A stretch of DNA of 44,311 bases, counting the filler, from Catajapyx aquilonaris (lineage: Eukaryota), in NCBI GenBank assembly GCA_000934665.2. It is 2 parts of 2 records of this genome, joined end to end, with 100 filler letters (N's around TTAATTAATTAA, not from the genome) between each part and the next. Parts side by side here need not be neighbours in the genome. Positions count along the whole stretch, not along the records: positions 22,134 to 44,311 come from JYFJ02005934.1; 1 more part is not named here. One strand, 5' to 3'. This document shows, piece by piece, positions 33,201 through 44,311 of this stretch. The position numbers and the translations under genes were made by a program. Position 1 is the first letter of the stretch. Each line of letters begins with the position of its first letter. The notes beneath the pieces were generated by a model. It searched no databases. It worked only from the letters and a program-made list of their open reading frames with translations, and had not been told where the DNA came from.

Positions 33201-36200
33201 GTGCACTTGGTTGTAAACCTGGTAGAGGTATATATTTGTGAGTGTGGGCGACGGGGAGGGGAGGGCTGGCAGCTCCTTATAGCATTACTGAACTAAGGCC
33301 CTCAAATTCCAGTTCCACCACTGCACCAAACCAACTCCGGTGTCACCATAATGCACTACTATAGGCATATCACAGCCCACTTTGGAATCCAACTTGCTTT
33401 ACTATATTGATTGTGCAGTTGCATGTCATGTGAATGAACCTCACGCATTAATACAAGGGGTAAATCACTCGTCAAGTCCGTTGTACGGTTGGCGCCAAGT
33501 CCGATAAGTCCGGGCCCAAGTCCGACAAGTCCGGGCCCAAGTCCGACAAGTCCGACCAAGTCCGGCTCTTTACAACTCCGACAAGTCCGACCAGGTCCGA
33601 CCAAGTCCGGCTCTTTACAAGTCCGTTGTACGCTCAACTGCCGAGTGATTTACCCCTTGCATTAATATGTATCAGAAAACCATAGTCTTCCTGTAGGTTT
33701 TTATGAAATTAATAATAAAAATATGAACATTGATGGGTGTTCGATGAGTGAGGGAAATCATGTCATGCAAGCCTACATATTAATCATATTTTGATTGATT
33801 CCTTCTAAATACAGTTGACTCCGGACATAAGAGACTTCAACCTTTTGGGACTCCGGAAATCAGTATCCTATAACCAAGGTTTCCTATATCAAATACACAT
33901 GTCATATGGTATTTAAGAGGGTCAGAAGTGACTAAAAGATCCCCCCCCCCCCCNCCTAAATGGGCCCAAGGCCCTATCACGGGATAGAAAAAAACAAACA
34001 AACAAACAAACAAACAAACAAACAAACACACACACACACAAACAAATGCACATGCCATATGTGAAAGTATGGCAGGACCAGCTTTTTGCTTTGGCTATAA
34101 CCAAGAGTTGCTTATATCCAGAGTCAACTGTAGTATAAGTGATGGTTTGGATTTGGTACGAACATGGGCACAGAATGTGATGTAGTTCAAGGGAAATGCT
34201 TTCTTATTTTTGTGACCATTTGCTAGACCAGGGGTGGGCAACCTAAGACCCGCAGGCCGGATCCGGCCCGCCAAGACAATTTGTGTGGCCCGAGCAAAGA
34301 TGTCGGAATTCCTGAAAATTTGGAAAAATTAAAATTGCAAATTTTTAAGCCTGTGCCTTTCTTTTTAATTCTTTTAAACCCACAAAAACATTGCTTTTTT
34401 TATTTATACAGGCCATTTTCATTGATATATTTCACTAATTTTATCGATTTTCAGAGAATTTAATGATAACACTGGTCTACAAAAAAAAACTTTTTTTGTG
34501 TAGCAAGGGAAGTAATATGTGATTCTAATAGTAAATTTTCCGCCGAATTCGAATATGTAATTAGTTTCTTTCTATCACGCAGGGTTTTTACGTAACACAC
34601 AATTTAAATTTGAAGGAGACATATGAAGCTGGTATATAAGTTACATATGCATTACCCATTAAAAAGAAGCCATTGATGACCTTCTGCTGTATTTTGCTTG
34701 TGGGATATCTCCCTTGAGTGTCCAGCAGTAGTCTGCCAACATATTTGGATTCCATTTTCCTTGGTACCGCTTTTCCATGCTGGTGATGTCTTGATGAAAT
34801 CGCTCTCCTTGTTCATCGCTGACATCACCAAGATTCTCCGGGAAAAAGTCCAGGTGGGAGTTTAGGAAATGGATCTTAATGGACATGTTGCATCCCATAG
34901 CTTTGTGGGAGTCCAAGAGTTCGCGTACTAATTCACGGTAATTTTCAGCCTTTGAATTCCCCAAGAAGGTTTTGGTGACACTTTCAAAGGAATTCCATGC
35001 TGCCTTTTCTACGCTGTTTAAGTGCTCCTCAAATCTTGTATCTCTCATCAACTGCCTTATTTGAGGACCCACAAAAATCCCTTCCTTAATCTTGGTATCA
35101 CTTATCTTAGGGAATTGTTCCTTCAAGTATAGGAAAATCCATCACCAGTGCGGTCCATTGCCTTAATGAAGTTTTTCATTAATCCCAGTTTAATGTGTGG
35201 GGGGGGGGGTAAGTAAACATTCTCAGGTTTGACAAGTGGATGATGGGACACATTTCTTTCTCCAGGAGTAAACGATTCACGTGCTTTCCATTTCTTTGCA
35301 GTGAAATGACTTTTTTTTGTCTCGGCTGTCCCATTCACATAGAAAACAACAATACTTTGTGTATCCAAGCTGCAATCCGAGTAAAAGTGCAATGACTTTC
35401 AAATCGCCACAAACCTTCCAGACATATGTCTCGTAGTCAATCTTTTCCAGGAGGAGTATCATATTTTCGTATGATTCATTCATGTTTGCGCGTGAGCTAA
35501 TGGTACAGAAGGAACTCACAAATTGACACATAAAAACAGTCGTAGCAAAAAAACTATGCGTGATGGAAAGATTCTAATTACATATTTGAATTCAGCGTAA
35601 AAGGTTCTATTAGGAACACTATCAGTGATCTTTGCTACAAAAACCTTGTAGACCAGTGTAATTTATGCAATTAATGGAAGTTCATTTATAACGATGGATA
35701 TATACGTAATTGTAAACTTTTTTAATAAGTTGAAATTTCTTTTGTTACATGCGGCCCGGCAAATTTTTAAAAATCTCTGTGCGGCCCACAGAGAAAAAAC
35801 GTTGCCCACCCCTGTATCTAGACACTTGGCGGACTTTGCCTAACAACCACCAGTGAGACCACAAGCACACTATGATTAATGTGATCAGCTACACAGCACA
35901 GAATAAACTAGGTCCAGTCCACTACTTGGTTTCTAGGCACAGTAGTTCTAACCGAGAGACAGAAACTGACCGTCTGGTTGGTACTATCAGTCCAACATGA
36001 ATTGTCGCAGCGGCAGCGCACGAACTACAATCTACGAGCACAGGTATACGAGAGACTGTAGTTCGTGCGCTGCCGCTTGCGACAATTCTTGTTGGACACC
36101 AGGTACCAACAGAGATCATCCAGGCTGATATTAAATCAGATGATCAGTTTGTCTTCAGGTTTGCAATGTGTCTAGTGAACTGGCTGTGTCCTCAAGATGG

Positions 36201-36536
36201 TAAAACACAACCTGAAATAGCATGCAGTTCTAAAACAACCACTGCTGGGAGCACCCCAAGAACCACCCTCTCACGCACAGCAGACACCACGTTGGGATAC
36301 TCCGGGTCCTCCTTGGTCACACTCTTATTCTTCCCGTACAGCGTCCTGTGGTAGTCCCACACAATGGAGGTTACCACCAGTCCAGTCCTCGCAAACCTGA
36401 CCACCCCAGTCAGCATAGTGATATCCCCCGAGTTGGTGCTCGAGTTCGAGGGCAAACTCAGAGCAGCTCCTCCCGCCGCTCCTACCAGTGTCAGGGCCGC
36501 CCAGGGGCGAATCCCTCTTCTCAAAAGCCACCTCAT
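27243..36536 (-). CDS. ADCK1: aarF domain-containing kinase 1 (ABC1/UbiB family), 4 exons, about 528 aa
   Basis: Exons 36536-36279, 31442-31239, 30358-30041, 28049-27243; all GT-AG, phase 0. Motifs CCANGGVFIKVGQH, ASLAQVH, VAVKVQHP, ELDF, HCDPHPGN, LLDHGLY, FKTNDLLRGI. Arg-rich mitochondrial-type N-terminus. Confidence 0.95.
28648..29403. mobile_element. Foldback element with inverted arms of about 300 bp and an internal Tc1 transposase remnant
   Basis: 28648-28945 is the imperfect reverse complement of 29130-29403. The centre reads WSKVIFSHES on the minus strand (a degenerate Tc1 WxxVxFSDES). Confidence 0.7.
29405..29662. mobile_element. MITE
   Basis: TIRs of about 33 bp: AT(T/C)GTCGGCCGGCGATCA(A/G)AACCTCGTAACTCC. 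Confidence 0.75.
30514..30680 (-). mobile_element. Tc1 transposase remnant
   Basis: Minus strand NPKYQTPTVKYCGGSVMV*GCLSAFGVGPVVHIKRTMDSKKY resembles Tc1 TVKHGGGSVMVWGC. Confidence 0.75.
31539..31750. mobile_element. Tc1/mariner-like palindromic MITE
   Basis: TIRs of about 70 bp starting CAGG(G/A)TGTTTCAACTTTTTTG. Confidence 0.8.
33454..33659. mobile_element. P-element-like MITE with internal CAAGTCCG(A/G) tandem repeats
   Basis: TIRs CAAGGGGTAAATCACTCG, perfect 8-bp TSD CATTAATA. Confidence 0.75.
33812..34130. mobile_element. Tigger/pogo-like MITE
   Basis: TIRs CAGTTGACTC(C/T)GGA(C/T)ATAAG, TA TSD. A related left end starts at 7230. Confidence 0.75.
34229..35814. mobile_element. hAT MITE hosting a Chapaev3-like insertion
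   Basis: TIRs CAGGGGTGGGCAAC, GGCCCG subterminal motifs, flanks TGCTAGAC / TATCTAGAC. Confidence 0.8.
34470..35658 (-). mobile_element. Internally deleted Chapaev3-like DNA transposon with a frameshifted transposase C-terminus
   Basis: TIRs CACTGGTCTACAA, 3-bp TSD TAA. ORF pieces GDLKVIALLLGLQLGYTKYCCFLCEWDSR, HIKLGLMKNF, KIHFLNSHLDFFPENLGDVSDEQGERFHQDI...LADYCW. Confidence 0.8.
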
Positions 36537-37614
36537 AACTCCAAACTATGCACTGGTCCTCACCAAAGCAGCGACCAAAACAGGGAAAAATATGTGTACA
36601 GTTATTTATGGTTGGGCACATTCCATAGAGCACGTGGCAGTGAAAATGGCTTCTCTCCGGTGAGAAGCTAGTTTGGCGCAATGTTCGATAATGATGGCGG
36701 ATAGTGACGTCTCGGGAGCAGGTCTCGGAGGGCAGATTACGCGGAAGAGGTCGGGAGACTAGAGTACATGTTGATAACTGAGATAAGTGAGTGGACTTGA
36801 GTAGGGTGACGTTGCAACAGGTACGTCGCCTGTGCAAGTGCAAGGACTGGTGATAAACCAGTTACCCTTGGATTTGCCATCGTTTATTTTTTTAGCATGA
36901 GATTATGATAGGGAGTGGAAATTATATGGAAGCAGCGTTATATGGAAGCGATGTCGTGACACTGAAGGGGTAATTTATTCAATAAATGTGCCCGGATATG
37001 CAGTCCAATTCACAATCGCATCCATTTGATCAGATTGTGCATTTTAAGATTCCAGTGAACCATGCGCTTATTAGACACCTTAATTAAAGTTAGACCTGTC
37101 TGGAATATAGCGGTATTTTTATCGCATGAAGCTTGTATATGACATGTAATAGGCGTGACGGACCAATTTGACGTAAAATCAATGCAGACATGCACAGCAT
37201 TGTGTGCGTCGACTGCATTTCATTCGACTTGCATATATTTGACAACCGCGCACATTCTAGAGATAGTGTCACTGTAAGAAGGTCCAGCTACTCAGACGGA
37301 CAGAAGTGGACTGGATTTGGCACGAGACAGACTGACCGGCTGATCGCCCGATCAAGATCAAGTAGCCTCATACATCCGTCCACATGTAAGTACACCTCAC
37401 CCTACGTGCATGATGAGCTTAGTACGTAATCGAGTCACGTGACTCTTTAATCTTATCAATGATTCCTTCATATAGGATTCGGAAAAAGCAGCAACATCAG
37501 AATAGGATTACCTCGTGGTTTTTGGGTGTACCGGCACCTTTGGCGTGGTTGCCTAGCCTTCCCCAGTGGAAGGTCAGTTGGTGGCTTCACCTGGGTTACT
37601 GTTGCCTCAGCAGG

Positions 37615-40370
37615 ATGTGGCGGGTGATCAAAATTTACTTGTTGGCGGTCGCCTACGGTATCCGGATATCCGGGCTGCGGCTGTTCCAGTGGCTGTTCAA
37701 GCCGCAAGGATTCTTTACAGTTCGAAAGAGGAACACGCAACCTTCCTGCCTCACTAGTCCGGTCTATGGGAAACATGTCTTCGTCAAGCTAAAGGTTCGT
37801 AGTGGACAAATTGACGTGTGCATATTGGGCAATTTTATCGTTTCAAGTGGGTTTTAAATGGGGTACATTTTTCTGTTGTGTGTGACAGTATGACAGTGAT
37901 TCTGATAACAGCCCATATTAACCTTATTTTTGTCCAATTTTATTATTCAATGTGGGTCATGTGTAATTTCCTGCAAGTTATTGTCATCAGGGTTTCACAA
38001 ATTCTGTAGAGTTGTTCGTATATTCGGCTCCCAAGTGACTAGATACAGTAGCAGCTGTACTCTCTGTTCACGTTGTAGCAGTTAGCCAGTTTTGGAATTT
38101 TTGGTCGCGAGAATGAAACATTTTTTTTCTAAAATATCGCATTTTAGCATGAAGTTATAATAATAATAATTTATATTCAGAATGTGAAGTTGCATTATGT
38201 CGAAAGTGGCGAAGAGAGCAAGAAACTATTACTACTGTTACATGGATATCCCGATTTCTGGTACACCTGGAGGCATCAGCTGCGGGAACTGTCTGAGGAA
38301 TTTTGGTAAGTATTTTAAATGACAATTAGCATCATCCGATACACATTCTTTGCCTTTATTGTCTCAATACAGGGTGATTGCTTTGGACATGAAGGGCTTT
38401 GGCGACTCAGACAAACCACTTGCGAGAAATCAATACAGAATGAGCACCTTAGTTGAGGAGCTGAAGGAGTTCATCAACATCGTAGGTGGGTCAGTGATGA
38501 CTAGTGTCTCTTGGGTCTGAAGAATTAACAATAATACATTTGTCTAATATTTCAGGCAGAGAAAGATGTTTAATGGTTGGTCACGACTTGGGTGGAATGC
38601 TGGGCTGGCATTTTATTTCAAAATACCCGGAGATGGTTGAAAAATTTGTGGCCATCAACAGCCCTCATCCATCTGTGATGCTCTGGGACATCGAGAACAA
38701 CAAGATGCAATCTAGATGGTGGTATTACTTCTGCCACCTTCCTCACCTTCCAGAACTGGAGGCCATGAAGAATGACCTTGCCATATTTGACCGCATTTTT
38801 TCCCGCTGCACCATCACCAAAAGGTCCACGTTTACTAAGGCAGACATGGAGGCGTACAAGTACACATTCAGTCGCAAAGGTACCTCTACTTTCACATGTA
38901 AAACGAGAACATTTCTTAATGATATGTCTCCACAGAGGACTGGACTGGACCAATCAACTACTACCGTAATCTTCTGGACATCTCTCCATGGGAAGAAATG
39001 GGACCATCCAGCAGTATAGTGAAGGTGAAAGTGCCTACTTTGCTCCTGGCAGGAAACAGAGACCCGCAGGTCAGCCTCGAATCCATCTGCAGGTCATCAG
39101 AGCTGGTGGAGACATTTGGTCTGAAGGTGGTAGAAGGAGGTCACTATGCTCATTTGGAGATGCCGTCCTATGTGAACCAGCTCCTTTTGCAGTTTCTGCA
39201 AGGTAGGCCACCCACAGAACATGAACTTGAAAGCCCCAACTCAAAGGGCTTCCTGAGCATTGTTGCCCGCCGAACTTTGCTCATGTGCTTTTGGTTGTCG
39301 AAGATGCTCGGGAGTGTCCTCTGACTATTTCTTTGTTATTGCATTGCTGCATATTTATTGCCGGAGTATTTAGATCTGCCTACCTGCCTACGTGTTTTGA
39401 TCTGATTTTATTAGGGAGGAAAAGTGTTTATATTGTGTAGAAGTGCTCTTAATAATTTATTATAACTGCAAAATAGCACTTGTTTTTCTGTCAAATTGAC
39501 CTCATTAGTATAGTAAGAGTTGAGGTGAAATATTACTCTGCATTTAAAAGGCTAGTCTACGTGTCGTGCCCAGACAGCTTGATGGAATCTCGAAGATGTT
39601 CTCCATAGTAATCTAATCTAAAGTTGTTTGTTTATCGGAGGGGGAGAATTTTTTATACACAAGTCCGAGGACTTTTGCTGATTTCGGAGGGGCAACTTTA
39701 ACAGAACCTACTAATATTTTCCCAGGGTGGGTGATTTTTAATATAAATTATTTGGGCTATTCATTTTCACCGAAGAGATAAGATCCTATCAGTGTTCAAC
39801 TATTTTGTCAGTATATTTGTATAATAAAAATTGTTTGCTAATAGTATGTTCCTCAATATTATCATTGACTATTATCCCCATAAAGACATTCGGCAGTAGG
39901 CTACGTTTGAAAATTGATATTTTGATACGAAAGAAAATCATCTAAGTGATCAATGAGAATTGAGATACATTAACTATCTTAGTACATTATTGCCATGAAA
40001 TATATGACTCATCATTCGAAGAGCCAAACTGGAACAAGAATATTATGTACCTCATACAAATATCAGGAGCTTGTACATGGAGGCATTCATTTCAGATCCC
40101 ATCCCGAAAGACATGACATCAGATGATGAAAAGCCAAAGTCCATATTGGGGAAGATGATAGGAGCCAGTATGAATATGGTGTCCTCTACCATGCAGTATG
40201 GCAACAACGTCATCAGCTCCTCACTGGATGCTGTCTCCAGGAAAGCCAGGTTGCCAGACCCTTTACCCTCACCAGAAACCGATCCTTTCAGTCCTATGCG
40301 CCGTCTGTCACAACACATCACAAAGCCCAATATTCATGAGTTGTCCAGGGTAACTGTACCTAGCTTTTGA
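37615..40370 (+). CDS. EPHX4: Epoxide hydrolase 4-like alpha/beta hydrolase, 6 exons, about 427 aa
   Basis: Exons 37615-37794, 38181-38305, 38373-38485, 38556-38879, 38936-39202, 40096-40370; GT-AG, phases compatible. HGYPDFW oxyanion motif, DMKGFGDS, nucleophile GHDLGG, NYYR lid Tyr, acid GNRD, His in GGHY. The start is uncertain (in-frame ATG also at 37459). The symbol is family-level (EPHX3/4-like). Confidence 0.88.
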
Positions 40371-41857
40371 TCCTTGTGTCGACTCCATTTAGAGATTATT
40401 TGTGTGTGCTGGTCATGAAGTGCAGTTGTTTTATTATATATGATGATTACCTTTTTAATTAGACATGTAGTTGTGAATCGTGCGCAAGTAGTATCACGTA
40501 CACTTAGCTGTACCGAGTGGTGAGGTGAGATCCATCGTTATTAATCCTCCCTCAGCAACACCAGTGGCAGTGTCGTCGGCAAAATTGAGACCATCAGGAG
40601 CGTCCCTAAAGCAAGCACCATTCTTTGGTTGGGAGGAAAGATGGTCAAGCCTTCCTTCTCCACAATGGTCATCTCCGCTACAAGTGCTCTTCAGAGATTA
40701 ACGTGACACCTGGTGCACCTGACTGAACTATTTGCTCAATAATTTCCACACAGTTGTTTTTCCAGAAGGAAGTTATTGCATGTGTTATGTAAATATGTAC
40801 GTTTTTGTCATTACTTGCCAGTTGTTTAGTAGGTGGTGTGTCAAAGAACTAGCATAGAAAATGTTTCAAGGAAGCGAATAAGACGCCAAAGTTTGATTAT
40901 TTGACTGCAGCCTATTGTACTCGCTACACATCAGCTGGACAGCCTGAACTAATATTCTCTATTAGGATGTGTGTTTTTAAATGTGAAATAAAGGTGCTTT
41001 TCAGGCGACGTTTTGTACTTTTTTAGGGTGAAAGTTCCTCGGAGTGAACAAAAGTATGTAGTTAGCTGATTAATTAGACATGCTCCAGTGAGTGCAATAG
41101 GTAGTGTAGTATTGTCATTTTGAAGTGTTTGTCACATTGTCAGAGGTAATTTTCATATTCTGTGGGTGCAGAGGGAGAAACACTGTTAATAAATGGAATG
41201 ATAGTGTCTTAATAATCCTGGCATGATTATTTTATTGATGACTTTTGATATTATCAAACAATTATAATTACTAAAGATGTATACATGAAAGTGTGGTTTC
41301 AGATTTTGGTACATGTAGGCTATATACAGTAGGCTACATGGCACTTCCAGGTTGTGGAAGGTAAAGTTGGTAGACACACTGTTTATACTCGGGGGCCTGG
41401 GTCATTTACCTTCTCACAGGTGCTTTTTGTCGTAACGTGCACATTACGACAAAAAGCACCTGTGAGATCCCACTTCTACAGTACAATCGATGTTGCATGC
41501 AACATATCAATTGTAGAAGTGGGATCTGGAATAGTAACTCCTCAAAGTTGCGTGGTTTTTCTAGTTTTATTTATAAGTGCAGCTACATACAGTGGCGTGA
41601 ATTGAACACTGAATGAGATCAAGGCAATATGAAGAGGCATTTGGAACGGAATGAGAAACCACTCATTTCAATTTAAAGGATAATTTCTAACATGGAGGAT
41701 GAATTTTAAGCATATTAGATGTGCTGTATATTACAGTCAAAATGTTCATACCATGTTTAAGTGCTTAGGATGCAAATATTAAACATTTGCATGAGGGAAA
41801 ACTAGTGATTCAGTAATGATCAATACTGATTGGTCAAGACACAAAATACAGAATCGC

Positions 41858-42130
41858 ACCGAAGCAGGTTGGCATAGTGGATAAGGCGTCCGACTGCTAA
41901 TCGGGAGGTCCTGGGTTCGAATCCCGGGGCCGGCAACTCTGACCGTGGTTTTCTGTGGTTTCCCACGGTCCTTCCAGGAAAATTCCGGAGTTGCTTCCGT
42001 AATTAATAGGCCACAGCCGCTTCCTTCCGTCCCTATCCTATCCCAACGAGCGCAGTAAAATGAAAAGCAAAGAGTTCCAGACAAAACAAACTTCCCCCCT
42101 AAAGAGCCGATGGCTGATAACGGGGTATGA

Positions 42131-42202
<72 letters not shown>
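41858..42202 (+). mobile_element. tRNA-derived SINE (family A)
   Basis: Nearly identical to 16993-17283. (ATT)n tail. TSD AAAATACAGAATCGC (41843-41857, 42203-42217). Confidence 0.92.
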
Positions 42203-42204
<2 letters not shown>

Positions 42205-43817
42205 AATACAGAATCGCTCTTAGGTTTATGGGTGGACTTGAGATAAAATGCTGCAGTTCACATGAAAGAAACAAAAATGAAATAACAAAATGTGATTGGG
42301 TTATGCCGTATATAACGAAGTGTATTGAATAGGCTATTCCAGCAAGATAATTACCTGGTAATTTATGGGATCAAATTTTGGCAGTTATCCCAAATTGGAT
42401 TGGTGCCATAGTTTACATTCGAATTTGCTCCGTGACATGATCTAATGCAATATACATGAGTGATGAGTGTTAGTAAAGCACCCGAGGCGGATTCCTTGAA
42501 TCCCGGCATCGCTTCAGTAGATTAAGCTCGTGATGTCATGGTGTGGAGAGAGGGTGGGTCTGGGGAGAAGGGGGAAGGGAGGGGGAAGGTATAACGAGGT
42601 AGATTCATATTATAGGCGGCACTTTGTGCTTGATACAGATGTGTACTCGCGGTCTTTAATCCTTCAATCCATTTTCTGAATGGAATACTGCGGCACGTTT
42701 TTAAAAAACAGTTTAAGCTGAACTGATTTGTACGTATTGTGAATTGAAGATCCTCTATATAGTCTACACTCCAAGGCTGGGGTGTGTGATCGATAGTCAA
42801 TCTATAACAAGGGGTTGATCCTTGCTATTTATTGTTTGGAATGTTATCAGCAATGAATAACAATGGCATCAACCACTCAAGAGCCGGGTTGTATCAACAA
42901 AAATTAAGGAAAACAAATCTCCGAATTTGTCAGATACTGATGTATAATCGAAGATTTTTCCTGGTTTAACATTAACGATTTATTTTTGAAGTATGCTTTA
43001 AATACTGTATAAGTTTATAAACGTCATATTTAAACACAAAAGTTTCCTGACTAACGTAATAGTGCGATGCCATCACAGTGCTATTTTTTATTTTCAAATT
43101 TTGGATCATTTTATGGAAGAGGAGAGGTCGTAAAGGGAATTAGATGCCAAGTGTCCACAAAAGAGTCCACATAGATGAAAATCAGGTGCAACATGCACAA
43201 AAAAATGAGTGTTTTTTATGTGTTTCTGCTCTTGAAACAATGTACTGTACTAGAAATTCTCCAAGAAACTATTTCATACAGCTACTTCCAAGGGGTCGGA
43301 CAATCAGCTGAATCTTGGGCGAATCTCGTACGTTTAAAGGGCGACGCCCTCATGCAAATCATAAAATCTGGTAGGTTTTTGGCTGAATGCCCAACCCCTC
43401 GGCTACGCCTTTTAAAAAATTAAGGCTCAGATCAGCTCAGATGTAGATCATTATTTCACAAGTATTATATCTGCTAGTAACTAAGATTTTGACTCAAACC
43501 TCCTAATAATTAAATATGATAGTTGAGTCGACATTTTTTCCTACTATCCTCTAGAGACCCAATGTATAGTATGCTATACATCCGGTCTGCATTTTTTTCT
43601 GACAAGGGAAGGTCACGGGGTGATAATGTCGGATCTTGATGAAATTGGACGTGCTAATACAGGTCAATATATGATGCCCAAAAATGAAATATTTCGTGCT
43701 GACGTCCATATTGGCAAAAGTTATGACGTCTTAAAGTTCCAAAAATAATACATTTTCGTACTCCATGGGATTACATTAGCGACCACATATAATGACATTG
43801 AAGTGTGTAATCAGTTT

Positions 43818-44311
43818 CTAGACCTTTTCTCGTCGGAAAAAAGTCCTACAGAACTGCTCTGGCCGTCCGTCCGTCCGTCTGTGGACAGGTATAAAGGCCT
43901 AAACCGTAAGAGATAGCGACAAACGGTTTTCATATTCGGATTGAGAGTGACCAAAATAGGTTTCATGGTCAACTTCTGGTGACCCGCCACTTCCGGTCTT
44001 CCGGGTTCACTCTATCCGCACAAGTCTATACTTTACGGGCGGGTTATCGTTGGATTTCGAAGTTAGTTTCCGTGTATTCCTGACCGTGTTTTTCGGGGAT
44101 TTACTCCGGGCTTTACCTGACTCTCTGGCACAGGGGCAGTGGAATTTATTCCTGACGTTGGACATGTTTGCAATGAGCGTCATCGACCGCCATGATGTTA
44201 TCGCCCAAGCCGACACTGGAATCGATATGTTGCCTAGGTTACGATATATCGATTCACATGCTCCCTGAAAGAATGAGAAAAGGTCTCATCGAATCACGCT
44301 CACGTGATTTT
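43818..44311. mobile_element. Possible DINE-1/Helentron-like non-autonomous element (partial)
   Basis: T-rich start, short internal inverted repeat and (GTCC)nGTCTGT microsatellite, followed by AAACCGTAAGAGATAG. This is the architecture recalled for DINE-1-like elements. Confidence 0.45.

Noticed and set aside
44050..44268. ORF with HDVIAQADTG resembling the eIF4A motif I region
   Set aside because: No GKT follows and no further helicase motifs; it lies in repeat-like sequence.

Overview
Eukaryotic, transposon-rich genomic DNA, very probably arthropod (inferred from the TE families and gene sequences), with a 100-nt artificial gap/linker at 22034-22133. Right half: an intact 4-exon ADCK1 gene (minus strand, about 528 aa) head-to-head with a 6-exon EPHX4-like alpha/beta-hydrolase (plus strand, about 427 aa). 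Also an orphan C-type-lectin terminal exon (minus strand) that the ORF track misses. Left half: a gene invisible to the ORF track, built from ten tandemly duplicated symmetric phase-1 exons (3 x 87 nt, 7 x 108 nt, all open in one frame). They splice in frame to an exon encoding the N-terminus of a CAF1/POP2 (CNOT7/8) deadenylase. The gene's start and catalytic exons are not visible. Introns hold a full-length but disrupted LINE, three tRNA-derived SINE families and many DNA-transposon derivatives (Sola-, MULE-, piggyBac-, hAT-, P-, Tc1/mariner-, Harbinger-, Chapaev3-like), often nested. All calls were made by eye and from recalled motifs; no database searches were run.
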